This document shows, one piece after another, positions 12,660-26,249 of a stretch of 64,000 nucleotides of DNA. Where the stretch lies: contig NC_068985.1 in NCBI RefSeq assembly GCF_001194135.2, positions 47,110,868 to 47,174,867 on the forward strand, given 5' to 3'. The first letter of the stretch is position 1, and the number at the start of each line of letters is the position of its first letter. Under the pieces are notes generated by a model. That model saw only the letters and a program-made list of their open reading frames with translations, did no database searches and was not told the origin of the DNA. A program made the translations under genes and the position numbers. The stretch comes from Octopus bimaculoides. Its lineage: Eukaryota.

Positions 12660-12850
12660 AATACACACACCGTTTTTCTTTCTCTTTTCTCTGCACTTTT
12701 CTTCCTCTATCCGATGGAAAACGACGCTCGAAACGTCATATTTTTAACCAATATTTCCACGAAAAACTTTCACCGAGTGTCAATCTAATATATTCATTGT
12801 GTACGTCCAATTAACTTTTGTTGTTTTTTCTGATGTTTTCTTCATGAATT
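12660..12850 (+). mobile_element. Penelope-type repeat fragment (degenerate)
   Basis: Shares gctcgaaacgt and downstream ccgagtgtcaatctaata / ccgagcgtcatactaata similarity with 29376-29510. Confidence 0.45.
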
Positions 12851-13344
12851 TGCCATATACGTATTATATATATCATATCTATTATACATATAGGAACAAA
12901 GACTGAAACTTGTGGAGAGGGCAGTCGATAAAATCAATCCTTTTACTTGAATAGTGTTTCGTCCTCGGTGATACGAAAGGCAAAGTCGTCCTCGGTAGAA
13001 CTTGAATTCACAACCTAATGAACTAGAATATCTACGCCAGGAATTCTGTCCGGTACCCTTACGTTTCTACCAACCTAACGTCATCTATGTACTGCCATAT
13101 ATAATAATGAAAATTAATTGTATATTTTCCATTTATTATATTATAATGTTAATAACTGCCCTGCCATTTTTCCTTGTGGATGGCGCCTCAGGTTAGTTTC
13201 CATTAGTTATTAATCTTCAACTAACGTGAATGAAGATAATGAACATGAGAGAAGATAACGACAAATCACGTAAAAGTATAGAAAATTCTTAGATATTACA
13301 ACAGTTGTTGTTTTATGGACAGTGTTACTGATATAAGTAAGGCT

Positions 13345-13575
13345 AGCACGTCAGACAAAATGTTTAGTGGTATTTCGTCGGTCTTTACGTTCTGAGTTCA
13401 AATTCCACTGAGTTCAACTTTGCCTTTCATCCTTTCGTGGTAAATAAAGTAAGTACAATTTGAACACTGGGGTCGACGTAATCGACTAAACACCTACCCT
13501 CAAATGGGTTCGATATGATCGACCTACTCCCTCCTATGAAAAACTGCTGGCGCTTTGCCAAAATTTGAAACAATT
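13345..13575 (+). mobile_element. SINE family A with a duplicated 3' segment
   Basis: ctgagttcaaattccactgagttcaactttgcctttcatcctttcg...ggggtcgacgtaatcgact, then a second gatatgatcgacct segment. Confidence 0.75.
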
Positions 13576-13599
13576 TTTATTGGTATAAGCCACACCGTA

Positions 13600-14270
13600 T
13601 TTAATGTAATATTGTGATGGTTATTCTGAATTGGAAAACATGGCGGTTGCGATGCATTATTGATGGAGGTGGTTTTGAATATTTTATGGGTACAGTTTGT
13701 ATTGGTGGTGCTTGAGGTGGTAGCGTTTTTGCGATGAAGTCATGTTGTTGGTGGTTGAAGTTGTGGTCATGGCTGAATGACATTACTAGTAGTATTGTTG
13801 ATAGCAAAGCTGGATGCTGAAGAGGAGATATTTGTGACTTATGTGGTGGAAGAGTTGAGGTGGTGGCGATTGAAACAGTGATGGTTGTGGAAGTGATAGC
13901 GGTTGATGTGAATGTTGATGGCGGGGTTTAATAGACAGTTGTTAAAGTTGTATAGAAGACTGTAGTGGGGTGGGAGTTAAGTTGTGATGGTTTCAGTGGT
14001 ATTCGTATGGCTGGAAATGTATTGGAATGATTCACTGGTGGTGGGCGAAGGGCCGGTGGTGGGTGCTATGGTAGAGGAGTGATGATTGAAATGGAAATTG
14101 CCATTGAGTTGTTAGTGTTGTCGTTGCTGTTGTTGTTGTTGGTAGTGGTGGTGGTAGGGATCGTGGTGGCGCTGGTGCTGTTGTAGTTTGTGTGGCAGTG
14201 TGTTGACTGATGCGATGGTCGTTGAAAGGGTGGTGGTTGTGGTGGACGTGGCAGAAAGTAAGGCAGTGGC
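13600..14270. repeat. Decayed (GGT/GTT/GAT)-rich low-complexity tract
   Basis: Degenerate triplet periodicity throughout. Confidence 0.8.
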
Positions 14271-14374
14271 AACTAAGACCTCAATATTATGACATTTCCC
14301 AAGATAACGAGAGAAAAGAGAGAAAGAGTGAGAGAATGGGGTAATTGAAAGTGAAGGGAGTAGAGAGAGAGAGA

Positions 14375-14434
<60 letters not shown>

Positions 14435-14869
14435 CAGACAGACAGACAGAAGGAAAGGGAGAAAAAAAAGAGAATATGTCCTTATATTGTTATAAAGTAT
14501 CGGAATGAAAGGTCTTAACAAATCCCTATCCTATTGCTCGATCTGGGATTTGTCATTCGTACACTTCCGGCCTCAAATTTCAATACCCGATGGAAAGTAT
14601 AAACAAACGTCTTCTTCCCTCTTTATTCTGTTCGGGGTATTAAATGGGAAGTGAGAAAAGAGAGAACATAAATCCTCAAATTTTCTATTTGATTATATTT
14701 TACCTTTTTGTTTTCTGTGGAAAATGGTGATTTTAATTTCAGACGTAATACAATAAAATTAAAGCAGTTTGCTTTCCTAGACGTAACGGATTAACGAATT
14801 ACTCAAACTCAATGGAGAAATAGTTTAAAAGGTGTCACATACATGGAATATGTATGTATATGTATGTGT

Positions 14870-14917
<48 letters not shown>

Positions 14918-14943
14918 GTATACATATACNNNNNNNNNNNNNN

Positions 14944-15027
<84 letters not shown>

Positions 15028-15687
15028 GTATACATATACACGCATATATATAAACATATATATACACATATATGTATATATAATAATTTGTTGAAGAAGA
15101 GGAAGAGAATAATTTGCGTTCTTGATAAACTGTTTTAAGTGTATAGACATATTGTATTTAGGACATAGTTTAATGTTAGGAATTGATTCTTTGAAGGGGA
15201 ATAAAGAACTCCACAGTTACTATACTTAGGAAGATGGCTTTTCACTCATAAATTCATACATACATTCGTATGTAATACTGTGTGTATGTAATACATCAGT
15301 ACATATAAATAGGCATACGTACATAAAAATAGAGAGGACATAACTTATAAAGATAATGTTATCAAAGGCACTGTCAGAATGCATAAAATATTCAAGAGAT
15401 ATAGCGGGAAATAAGATCCATAAAATGGAATGACATCCGTTCCTGAATCCATATATGCCCGTGCACATGCCTATGCATGTGTATATGCATATATACATAC
15501 ACACATACATACGTATATGTGTGTGTCTTTGTGTGTGTATTACATACATACATGTGCACACATGCAAAACTACACCGTTGATAGCGTCAGAAATAATCAA
15601 AGAACTTTTCTTGTTTCTAGGCTAGATACTGACTCTGTCACCATTGATGATAAATTGAAAAAATAAACATCTGTAAGAGAAACAAGC

Positions 15688-15898
15688 ATACATACATACA
15701 TACATACATGCATGCATACATACATACATACATACATACAGACAGACATACATTCGTGCATATCCTCTTAATACATAATCTTACACATACATACATACAT
15801 ACATGCATGCATGCATACATACATGCATACATACACACATACATACATACATGCATGCATGCATACATACATGCATACATACATACATGCATACGTAC
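15688..15898. repeat. (TACA)n/(TGCA) tetranucleotide microsatellite
   Basis: Read directly from the sequence. Confidence 0.95.
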
Positions 15899-16479
15899 AT
15901 TGATATGAGATTAAAGAAACAGCTAATTGTTCACGGGTTAAAAGTTAGTTATGGTATTGCTGGAGAACATATGGAAACATGTAATTCTTATTACTCGACA
16001 AGTAATACTTTCTTATATGCAACTGCTATTACTTCTGAATAACACCTAGAAGGTATCCGCACTGTACCTGCACATGCAATTACTAATCGGTAGCGAACTA
16101 GATGGTAAACAAAAGTTTAAGAAAACATAAAAATTTCTATGATTAATCACGATAATAAAATACAAATAGAGAAATAAGTAGCACTTCACGAATTACATCT
16201 TAAGCAAATATATTAAAAATCTATGGAGGCTTTTCGCAACAAACTCTTCAGGAATAGTCAAAGCACGAACTTAATATTCAGGAGCAAAAACGTCTCTGTC
16301 AGAGAAAAAAAGATCGGCCGAGCCAGTGTGATATAGAATTCGCGTCCAATCCACAAGCATTATACCGAGAGGAAGAAAAGACATCCCCTTTAAAAAGCTC
16401 CTTCACAAGACGGCTTTGTGTCATTCTGATCTAAGATATGGAGCGAAAAGAGATATTTCAACCAGCATGCATCGTTAGC

Positions 16480-17050
16480 AAAGAATACTATAGCAAGTAT
16501 GCAGTAAAATATACACAAGCGACGCTGAAACTTTCAATATTGCTGTAGGCATGCTGCATACTAAGCAGGCACTTAGAAGAGGTCTAATAGTTCGATACTG
16601 GTGCAAGACGCTGACGTTCTAGAGATAGTCTTTAAATACGCGCATTTAAAAGAACTATAGAAGACTAAATTAGTTTGTATAGAAGAATCTTGTAGCCAAG
16701 AATGAAACAACCGAGTTGATAGAAAATTGTATGTCAATTGCTTGCCCTAACATTATGTACAAGCTTTAAACAAGCTGTCGGAACAAATTCCTTCAGTACC
16801 ATGACAAGTTCAAGAACGTAGTGACAGATGGGCCGGCAGATGGAAAGAAAAGGGCTCGCGGATGTGTCAAACAACTTTACTAAACAAATTGAATTCCTAG
16901 AAGTAAGAAAACATCGCGGGAATGGTCTGACGATGTAGCTTGGTTGCAGGAAAGTACTTAAATCTATTTCCCACTCAAGCTTGCTGAAATCTCTATACTT
17001 GGGAAAAGTATCTGCTACCGTAGTCACTAACATTGAAAGACCCACAAGAA
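16480..17050 (+). mobile_element. Probable hAT (Charlie/SPIN-like) transposase remnant
   Basis: DKFKNVVTDGPA at about 16803-16838 (TTDGAPAM-like). gtagcttggttgcaggaaagtacttaaa at 16935 resembles VRWLSxGKVLK. Heavily frameshifted. Confidence 0.4.
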
Positions 17051-17848
17051 CCTAGGAAACAATTTTCATTCAAGTGAGAGCCGAAAGATAGTATCCGATG
17101 TTATAAATATCACGAGTTAGTCTTTTTGTACTTTTGTTTATTTTAGGATTAAATACGCCATGGCTTCTTTTATAAAACTCCAATGGCTACATTCCCGGAT
17201 ATGGAACTGCTAAAGACACCTACATAACACATCACGTCTTTGTCAATGACTTCAAGACCTATACTACAAATAATTATGCTAAAACTCAGCCGGAGGTAAT
17301 TACATGTTTAGCTGACACAAAAATGGAATTTGGCTTTAAGAAATGATCGTGAGTGTAATGAAAAAAATGATCGCAAAAGGGAGGGTTAAGTTTTAACAGA
17401 TGTATTAGCTTAGGACATATAAGTAAGGGACGTAGCCTTGATGTTCCGGACGCTAGTCCTTCATTAGAAGATAAAATATTGACGAAAAGTAAAGGGGTAG
17501 TGTGTAAAAGAAAAAGTTTACAGGTGAGCAAAAAAGAAAAAAAAAATAAGTGAGTTAAGTTAAGGCCAAGATAGAGGAGTAGAGGAGATGTGGCTATAGG
17601 AGAATATCTGTGCAATGAGATAAATATAAAAGGAAAGTGAAATATACGGCAGATGTTAATGAGTACTGATCCGCGTATTATTGGGTACCTATTAGATCTT
17701 TCTCTTATAGAGACAATTTGTTAGTGAACACAATCAAAAGTTTGAAGCGAGACACAAACATAGCACAAAATATTTCTATTAGAAACTTCAAGTATGTGTG
17801 TATGTATTTATACATACGCAGTCATATATATAATTGTGCGCGCGTGCG

Positions 17849-17882
<34 letters not shown>

Positions 17883-18027
17883 TGTATGTATGTACACATA
17901 CACTCATACACACACTCACACACACATATGTACAGTTGCACTGGCATATACATATGTATATACGGGTATATGAATAATATATATATATATACATATACAT
18001 ACAGTATATACAGTGATACATGAACAT

Positions 18028-18118
<91 letters not shown>

Positions 18119-18772
18119 CATACATAAAAGAAAACTGGCATACAGACATACACGCATACATACACCATGCATATATCAACTATGATCTGTTATTTCACTA
18201 CGCAAAAGCTATTACAAACTACCATCATCGGCCGCAAGTCGGTCGCCAATACGTTTCGTAGGTGTTTAATGATTTACGGGAAACGTCAACACATGTTTAG
18301 ACTAATATCAGATAACGTAGTGATATAGCAAAAAGTGTTTGGCATTGCTGGATTCCTACCGGAAAGGATAGCAGATGGTCCCCAGAGATGGAATTTATTT
18401 ATTTGTTCATCTACCGGCATTTGGTATATGCCTTTAGAATTGTTACTGGCTTAAAAGCAGTGAAATTGTATGTATTCATGCATATATGTATGTACGAATG
18501 TATATAAGTACGAATGTATGTTTGCACGCATGTATGTGTGTATGTATGTGATTATAAACATAGTATATATATGTATATGATTGTGTGCATGTGTTTAAAG
18601 TATCACATATATAAGCATATTTTCAGTCTTGTATACACGTATAGCACAAATGCGAATATAGTGTAGCAAATGTATATATGGATATATCTATATGCATGCA
18701 TATCTATATATGTATGTATGTATGTATGCATGTATGTATGTATGTATTTATGTATGTATGTATGTATGTATG

Positions 18773-19588
18773 CTACTATTCAGTTTCATTTCAGGATTTC
18801 TTACCAGTAGAGAAAGGGCCGGTTTCTAATCTAGATCCAAGGGTCCTTCACTGGAATTTCAACGTGAACAACCGGATATTTTTGTATGTATGTACGTATG
18901 TATGTATGTATGTATGTATGTATGTATGTATGTATGTACGTACGTATCTATACAGATTTGTATGTTTTGTTTTATGCATGTCTTCTCATGCAAATACTTT
19001 CATATCTAGATATGCTCATATGGACAGTTTTACAGATTTTGCGATTCCAGTGATGGATTGGATCTGTTATCTTCGAATCAGCTTTCTCCTTTTTGGTTTT
19101 GATAAGCCTAATTTCTCAAGATTGGAATTTAGGCAGTGTGTTACATATCCTAGTTCCCGAATAATTACAGGTACAAATCTGGATTGAGTAACTGCAGGTT
19201 TCTCAATAGCTCAACGTAGATTTTTCTTTTTCACTGACCTTCAGCTTTATGTGAACATCCGCTGGACAGCTGTTTTTTTCTCTATTCCAAATCATTATAT
19301 CAGGTCAAATGTGTTGACATTATTGAGCTTTAGACCTAGTACTCCTTTTTGTTATGAGTGGCTATGACTTATTTCTTATTTCTTTGTCCACGGGATTATT
19401 CTTCTGACGCATTTCATTATGAAGCGTCCTAACTAGAACAAAATGTCTTATCGGTAGATAACACGGTGATGACATTTTCGGACAGCTGCTTATGATGTGA
19501 GTGATATCTTCGTTATTAACTCCACAAATTCTGCGTCGATTGTCACACTTTACTGCTTTTCTTGCATTTGACACGTTTGAGCATGAGG
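18773..19588 (-). mobile_element. RLE non-LTR retrotransposon 3' fragment (TACA-associated family)
   Basis: Zinc knuckle (R)RICGVNNEDITHIISSCPKMSS..YLPIRH, PDIMIWNRE, KEK.YVELLRNLQLL, VPVII.ELGYVTHCL..NLEKLG. The 3' UTR contains a (TACA)n tract and a terminal module of about 100 bp. Confidence 0.8.
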
Positions 19589-19648
19589 TATATACGTACG
19601 TATGCATGTCTGTATGACTCTCTCTGTCTCTTTCACTCCCTCTCTCTC

Positions 19649-19757
<109 letters not shown>

Positions 19758-20269
19758 ATAAAGGCATTAACTATATAGCAATGCCTCACGCTTAGAGGGA
19801 CTAAATAAGTCAAAAACTACCAAAAAATAAGCAACATATTTACTGAAAGCGAGGAAATGTAACTTTCAAAATTAATTTCCTAAAAACATTTAACTTAACG
19901 GCAAACCACTGGTTTCTCAATCAATACAGCAAAACTGTGAAGTAAGCTGCATCTTTTGTTCATCAGTACACGTATGGTCGAGACACATAAAAATAAACAA
20001 GAATCAACATACCACGATGTACCCATAGTACGATGACTTCTGTTCATCATTATATATCCGTGAAAGAGATTAGAATTTATCCGGTTGCATCTCAGTAACA
20101 TGTGCTTATACAGAATAATATTCAGCACTGAATATATTCTAATTATTTATAATATAATATAGGAGAAAATCTTTATAAGAATTTATCAAGTAGTCAGCGT
20201 GATAGCAACTTTTCCGAGTTTATCTCTTCATTTTATTATTTCATTATGAACACAAAGAATGCAGATACT

Positions 20270-20830
20270 TTAAATATGAAGATGTTATGAAATATGTTCT
20301 TGAATTCCATGCTCTTAAATAGACAAAAGCCACTGACATTTTAGGAATTTTACTGAAAAGAAGGAGTTTGTTAAACATTTTAATATGAGAGGCCGGTGAC
20401 CAGTTTGTACATCAGTGGGAACCTATCATTATTCTTCATGGAGAAAGGATCTTTTGTCAAACTGGAAAATTATGAATAGATGCACTCTCTGACGTTCTGT
20501 ACTAGCATAATGAAACATGTATGAACTGTCAACCTGGCACCCGAGAGGAAAGAGGAGATTGTTTCAGTTCTCGGAATCAAAGCTTTCCAAGTAAAAGAAG
20601 AGTTTTCAAAAGGAATTTAACTGGCAAGTATCCGCAGGCACTTTCTCAATTTCAGTAGAGGAGTAAACGCGTTGATTGTAATTTAAAGGAACACGAACTG
20701 GAAAATTACAAAAGTAGTTAACAGACTTCTTGCTACACCACAGAAAGGCAAAACACAAAATGATTTAAAAACCCCTTGATAAATTACTAGCGAGGTAACA
20801 TGACTTGTAGAAGCTTAAATCGAATTTCGC
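20270..20830 (+). mobile_element. Probable hAT transposase remnant
   Basis: gaggtaacatgacttgtaga at 20792 resembles EVRWLSR. LEF..LK.TKATDI and TSL(C)T..G-like decayed motifs lie upstream. Confidence 0.35.
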
Positions 20831-21755
20831 TTTCATTATTAACCCACTTATGGCTGCCAGCTGATTTGGAGACGATCCACAAATATCAGTCTACAAATGT
20901 GTTCTGGAAATATATTATTATACTGAACTAAAGAAAACGAGAGTAAAACACATTCCAAATATTTCAGGACAACTTATGCAAATCACTCTATACCGTAATG
21001 ATGCCTGTGAAACCGGAGCATCATTAGAAATAAGCACATGACAGAACTAACTTTTACAACTTTTAACAATCTGTCTTGACGTCTTGGTATCTAAGATTTT
21101 CAACGGTTCATAGACAAGATGGAAATCTACAAGAATTCAACTAGACGTAATAAACAGTCTTACTATCCTAATAATTGTGGTATTTCGTGGTGTCCTTAAG
21201 AAATGAACGTAGATTTTCAGGCGAGAAATTACTAGAATCAGTAGAACGTCGGAAAGAATGCATTTGTTCGATTGTTTTGAGCTCTGAGCTCAAAGGGAGG
21301 TTCAACGTTCATTGTTGTAGAATCCATGCAAAAAAAAAAAAAAGAAAGAAAACAAGAAAAAAGAAAGAAATCAGTCCAGAGTGTTCACGTCGGTGTTTAT
21401 TCTGCTGCATGCATTAGGGTCAGGTCTCCACTTTTAAGATATTTTCTTCCCTGCAAACGGTGTCGAACACCCTATAAAATGTTGTGAATACCACCTTTCC
21501 TCCTGACTGAAAGACATTAAAAAAATATTCTCTTATTAAAATATGTCTAACTGTATTGGATTGGTTTACTTTATACTTTTCCCACCAACATCTGAAAAAT
21601 TAGAATCATTAAAAATATTCGACCTCCCAAACGGTTCAATTTATAGGTTTGGTACTATAATTTTCTATCACTGAAATGCATTACAAAAACTTTACTTTCA
21701 TGTTCCTATTATTCAGTATCGTAAAAATAGTCAACCAATATTATGAAAATATTTC

Positions 21756-21806
<51 letters not shown>

Positions 21807-21931
21807 GTGGCAGCTTGGTGACGCAACAGAAATAGCAGGACTGATATTCTGATATTTGGCAGAAGTAACATAGTGGCTCAAGGACCGAAATGTTTGTACA
21901 TTAGGCACTTATGAAGCTTTGATACAAACAC

Positions 21932-22826
21932 TGAGTGTGTTCGGGCTAAATTTGACAGTTTGCATAAAAGGTATAGAAAACACAATTTCCCAGCCAAAAA
22001 CAAAAGCAGTCAAGAACTGCAAAACGTATCAACTAGATTATATTTGGAAGATAACAGTTTACTCAAACTACCCACGCTCAGCATCCCCCACAGCCTTAAG
22101 ACGACTCCAAAACCTGACACAGGTATGTCTCATTGTGTCCTTGAAAAAATTTTCGAATATTTCCTTGTTCTCGGCCATCGGCTCGGCCTTGATGCAGGCA
22201 GGGCGGTTGTTATTCTCAAGCGTGCGCTGTATACAGTAATCCATAGGATTACAATCAGGGGTAATTAGAAAACCAGAGTTTGTGGCTGGGGAAGTCCTAG
22301 AAATACTCCGACAATCTCTTCTGACTCTTTTTGGAGTTATGGCGAGGATCGGAACCCTACTCAAACATATATGGTCTTCCAGCAGCAACCTTCTCCAGGC
22401 AGGGTTTCACCCCAGTCCAGCTGCTTTACATAGGCACCTGAATTCTGCCCAAGACCCTGTTCAAAGATATAGAGCGGCATGGTGTCTCCCTCACTGGAGA
22501 CACTGACAAGCACCACCACAGTTTGGAGGTACTTGCTTTTCATGATCTCCATGTTACGTCTTACAATCTTTACAGGGTTCAGAGTATTTTGAGCGGCAGT
22601 TAAGATCTCGGCACTTTAATGGCAGTCGAGAACTAGTGTGTAACAAGTAAGTCTTCTCTTTATTCAGATGGCTTCCAGTCTTCCAGTCTTCCATGAGAGC
22701 CAACATTTTGTCAGTTAAACTGTAACGTCTGTGCCCTCCAAAGATGTTGACTATTTCACCAATACATCAAGCTTTTCCTGAAAAAAAGGAAACATCAAAA
22801 TGTCAAACATAGCCCGAATGCTATGC
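21932..22826 (-). mobile_element. Tc1/mariner-superfamily transposon (maT/DD37D-like), internally deleted
   Basis: TIR pair ttcgggctaaatttgacagttt (21940-21961) and aaaatgtcaaacatagcccgaa (22797-22818), 19/22 match. Frameshifted transposase SSEGDTMPLYIFEQGL...PDCNPMDY...RFWSRLKAVGDAERG. Confidence 0.8.
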
Positions 22827-22849
22827 ATGCATTACAATAACATATACGG

Positions 22850-23630
22850 TATTAATTATGTAGCACACCAACAGATGGCACCACACGGTGGCATGCGCAC
22901 TGAAAGCTAACAGTGGCCTTCAAGTTGTGAAGACTATGTTTTCATGGTCATGTGCATGCTGTAGTCTGTGATTTTGTCATGGGTAGGAACAAAGAGCCAA
23001 CGTAAAATTTACGGTAAGATTACTGCAACCAAGCAATGGATAGCAATGGATCATATGCAATGTTTCGAGTGGCACGGGCGCTTCAAAAGCGAAAGAACGT
23101 TCTTAGAAGACAATGAATGATCTGTAAGACCTGCCACGAGCGTCAACCTCGGAAATGTGGCATTGTGCATCAAGAATTCGCCCCCAAGAAAGCCAGGCCA
23201 TCAATAAAGAGTTCTACTCTAATGTTTTGAAGCATTTGAGGGAAGACATTCAGCGAAAGGGACCAGATCTGTGCTACGCGGAGAAGAGGATTATTCACAA
23301 CGAGAACGCATCCTGTCACCGAGCTCTCTTCATTCGTGAACATGGTATCGCTTCTGCACCCGCCATACTCACCAGATTTAGCACCTGCGGACTTCCCCAA
23401 AAGGATAATGCAGCCGTTTTAATATTATTGTAGAGATCTAGAGGGAATTGCAAAAGGTTCTCGACTCGCTTGCAGAAAACGACATCCAGGTCGGATTCCA
23501 AAAGAGGTACGAACGCTGGGATAGCTGTATTGCTGCGCAAGATGACTATTTCCAAGTTGATGTTAACATTTAGGCTAATAAGTAATTTTCTATTAAACCT
23601 AAGTATTCTGAGTACCTTTAGGTACCACCA
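22850..23630 (+). mobile_element. Mariner transposase pseudogene remnant
   Basis: EQRANVKF, CFEWHGRFKS, GIVHQEF, INKEFYSNVLKHLRE, HPPYSPDLAPADF (23357-23395) and RWDSCIAAQDDYF, with internal deletions. Confidence 0.85.
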
Positions 23631-23981
23631 CATAAAACCACAAATTTAATAGTTTACACAGATGATTAAAAATTATGATACACACGCACGCACATACACA
23701 CATGCACACACATATACATACATATGTTCACTTCCATACAAATATATAATCTGACTACCAACAGAATTCATTATGGTGCTTATTAAATTACATTTTCGCC
23801 ACTCTGTTCTTATTATGACAATGCGAACATGCGAGTTCGCTCATTTGTAAAATAGACAGTCAGTGAGTTTTAACTTAATTTAAGTATATTATTTTATACA
23901 CAATTCTAAATAATCTTATTCAGTATGTGTTATTAGATCTAACCTAAATGACTTACAGAGAGTAATCAATAACTTATGTAC

Positions 23982-24015
<34 letters not shown>

Positions 24016-24039
24016 AAATAGTAAATGAGTATATGCATA

Positions 24040-24473
24040 TATACGTACAGGTATGTGCATACCGACATCCACCTGTATGTATAGGTGCATATCTGGGTAC
24101 AGGACATTGCAAACAAACGTAGACGAGAACACACGAGCCACATAGAGAACATCTCCTTCATCAGCCACCCACGTTTTAACACCGGCGTTTCGACGAGCTT
24201 GGGCAGGACGCATCGCAAAAACGGCTCGCCCCATGGATCGCAGATTAAATTTGTATACGCAAATTAAATATAGCCATGGAGGAATGTAGTGGCGGACAAA
24301 AAACAAGACAGGAAAACAAACAGAAAAGGCTTTACGGCCAGACGAGAAAAATTATGTGTGTAAGAACGCGATGAGGCACGGACCCGAGAGGGACAAAGTG
24401 GTGCGTGCGTTGCTTGGCGAAAGCCAAGGAAGGAAAGGATTATTGACCGGAAGCATGTGACCATGCCGGTGTA

Positions 24474-24478
<5 letters not shown>
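24040..24478 (-). mobile_element. Unclassified structured interspersed repeat, possibly Penelope-related
   Basis: GC-elevated block between (TA)n tracts with several hairpins and the motifs cgaaacg and ctgatgaaggag on the minus strand. Confidence 0.4.
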
Positions 24479-24504
<26 letters not shown>

Positions 24505-24819
24505 TACTGCATATCTTTCGCGTCTTGTCTCAAAGGAGTCTCCGAACACTCAGCATATTCTTGTAGCCCATCTTTTGTAGTGATGCAATTGTGCAACCAC
24601 CGATAATTTACCCATATAGCCTCAAAGTAACAGTCAAGGTGATTATGAATAAGTGTTCACCGTAGGATGAGCATGGTTTCATTTTTGCCCAGAATGATCT
24701 CAAAATTCAGCCCTCCACTTCGCTACACATTCTTACGACCTTAGTAATTTGTACAGAAAATGATTCACTATTAATCACGTGGATTCCCAGTGACTACGGA
24801 ATTGTAATATCACCTGGTC

Positions 24820-24850
<31 letters not shown>

Positions 24851-24982
24851 CGTGAGTATACATGTTTATACAAGTATTTAATTAGAGTTAAATCATATAA
24901 TTTATGTTATAATACTTCTTTTATTCAGGTACATTCACACATATATAATACGTACCTACACCAATCATATATACACGTGCAT

Positions 24983-25052
<70 letters not shown>

Positions 25053-26186
25053 ATACACATACATATATACATGCATAGATACATACATCCACTCGTTCAT
25101 TAAAAGCCAAACACGTTAACTAACAGATACGCATTGACAAATACACACACTTCCTCCCAAGAATATCTATACAAATGTTCTCTTACATAACGCATTTGAT
25201 GATCACAAACATTTGCTAGGCATTTTTGCTCATAACCTTTGGATTTCTGGTGATGAGTCACAGACTTTTTGAGCTCGGCTGTAAGCCATAAGGAATATCT
25301 ATCATCTATCTGTTTGTTTGTCTGTCTGTCTGTCTGTCTGTATGTCTGTCTCTCTCTCTCTCTCTCTCTCTTCATATATATATATATATATNNNNNNNNN
25401 NNNNNNNNNNNNNNNNNNNNNNNNNNNNNNNNNNNNNNNNNNNNNNNNNNNNNNNNNNNNNNNNNNNNNNNNNNNNNNNNNNNNNNNNNNNNNNNNNNNN
25501 NNNNNNNNNNNNNNNNNNNNNNNNNNNNNNNNNNNNNNNNNNNNNNNNNNNNNNNNNNNNNNNNNNNNNNNNNNNNNNNNNNNNNNNNNNNNNNNNNNNN
25601 NNNNNNNNNNNNNNNNNNNNNNNNNNNNNNNNNNNNNNNNNNNNNNNNNNNNNNNNNNNNNNNNNNNNNNNNNNNNNNNNNNNNNNNNNNNNNNNNNNNN
25701 NNNNNNNNNNNNNNNNNNNNNNNNNNNNNNNNNNNNNNNNNNNNNNNNNNNNNNNNNNNNNNNNNNNNNNNNNNNNNNNNNNNNNNNNNNNNNNNNNNNN
25801 NNNNNNNNNNNNNNNNNNNNNNNNNNNNNNNNNNNNNNNNNNNNNNNNNNNNNNNNNNNNNNNNNNNNNNNNNNNNNNNNNNNNNNNNNNNNNNNNNNNN
25901 NNNNNNNNNNNNNNNNNNNNNNNNNNNNNNNNNNNNNNNNNNNNNNNNNNNNNNNNNNNNNNNNNNNNNNNNNNNNNNNNNNNNNNNNNNNNNNNNNNNN
26001 NNNNNNNNNNNNNNNNNNNNNNNNNNNNNNNNNNNNNNNNNNNNNNNNNNNNNNNNNNNNNNNNNNNNNNNNNNNNNNNNNNNNNNNNNNNNNNNNNNNN
26101 NNNNNNNNNNNNNNNNNNNNNNNNNNNNNNNNNNNNNNNNNNNNNNNNNNNNNNNNNNNNNNNNNNNNNNNNNNNNNNNNNNNNNN

Positions 26187-26249
<63 letters not shown>

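Noticed and set aside
24562-24576. 15-mer tgtagcccatctttt shared with 3615-3629
   Set aside because: Flanks do not align, and several chance 15-mer matches are expected.
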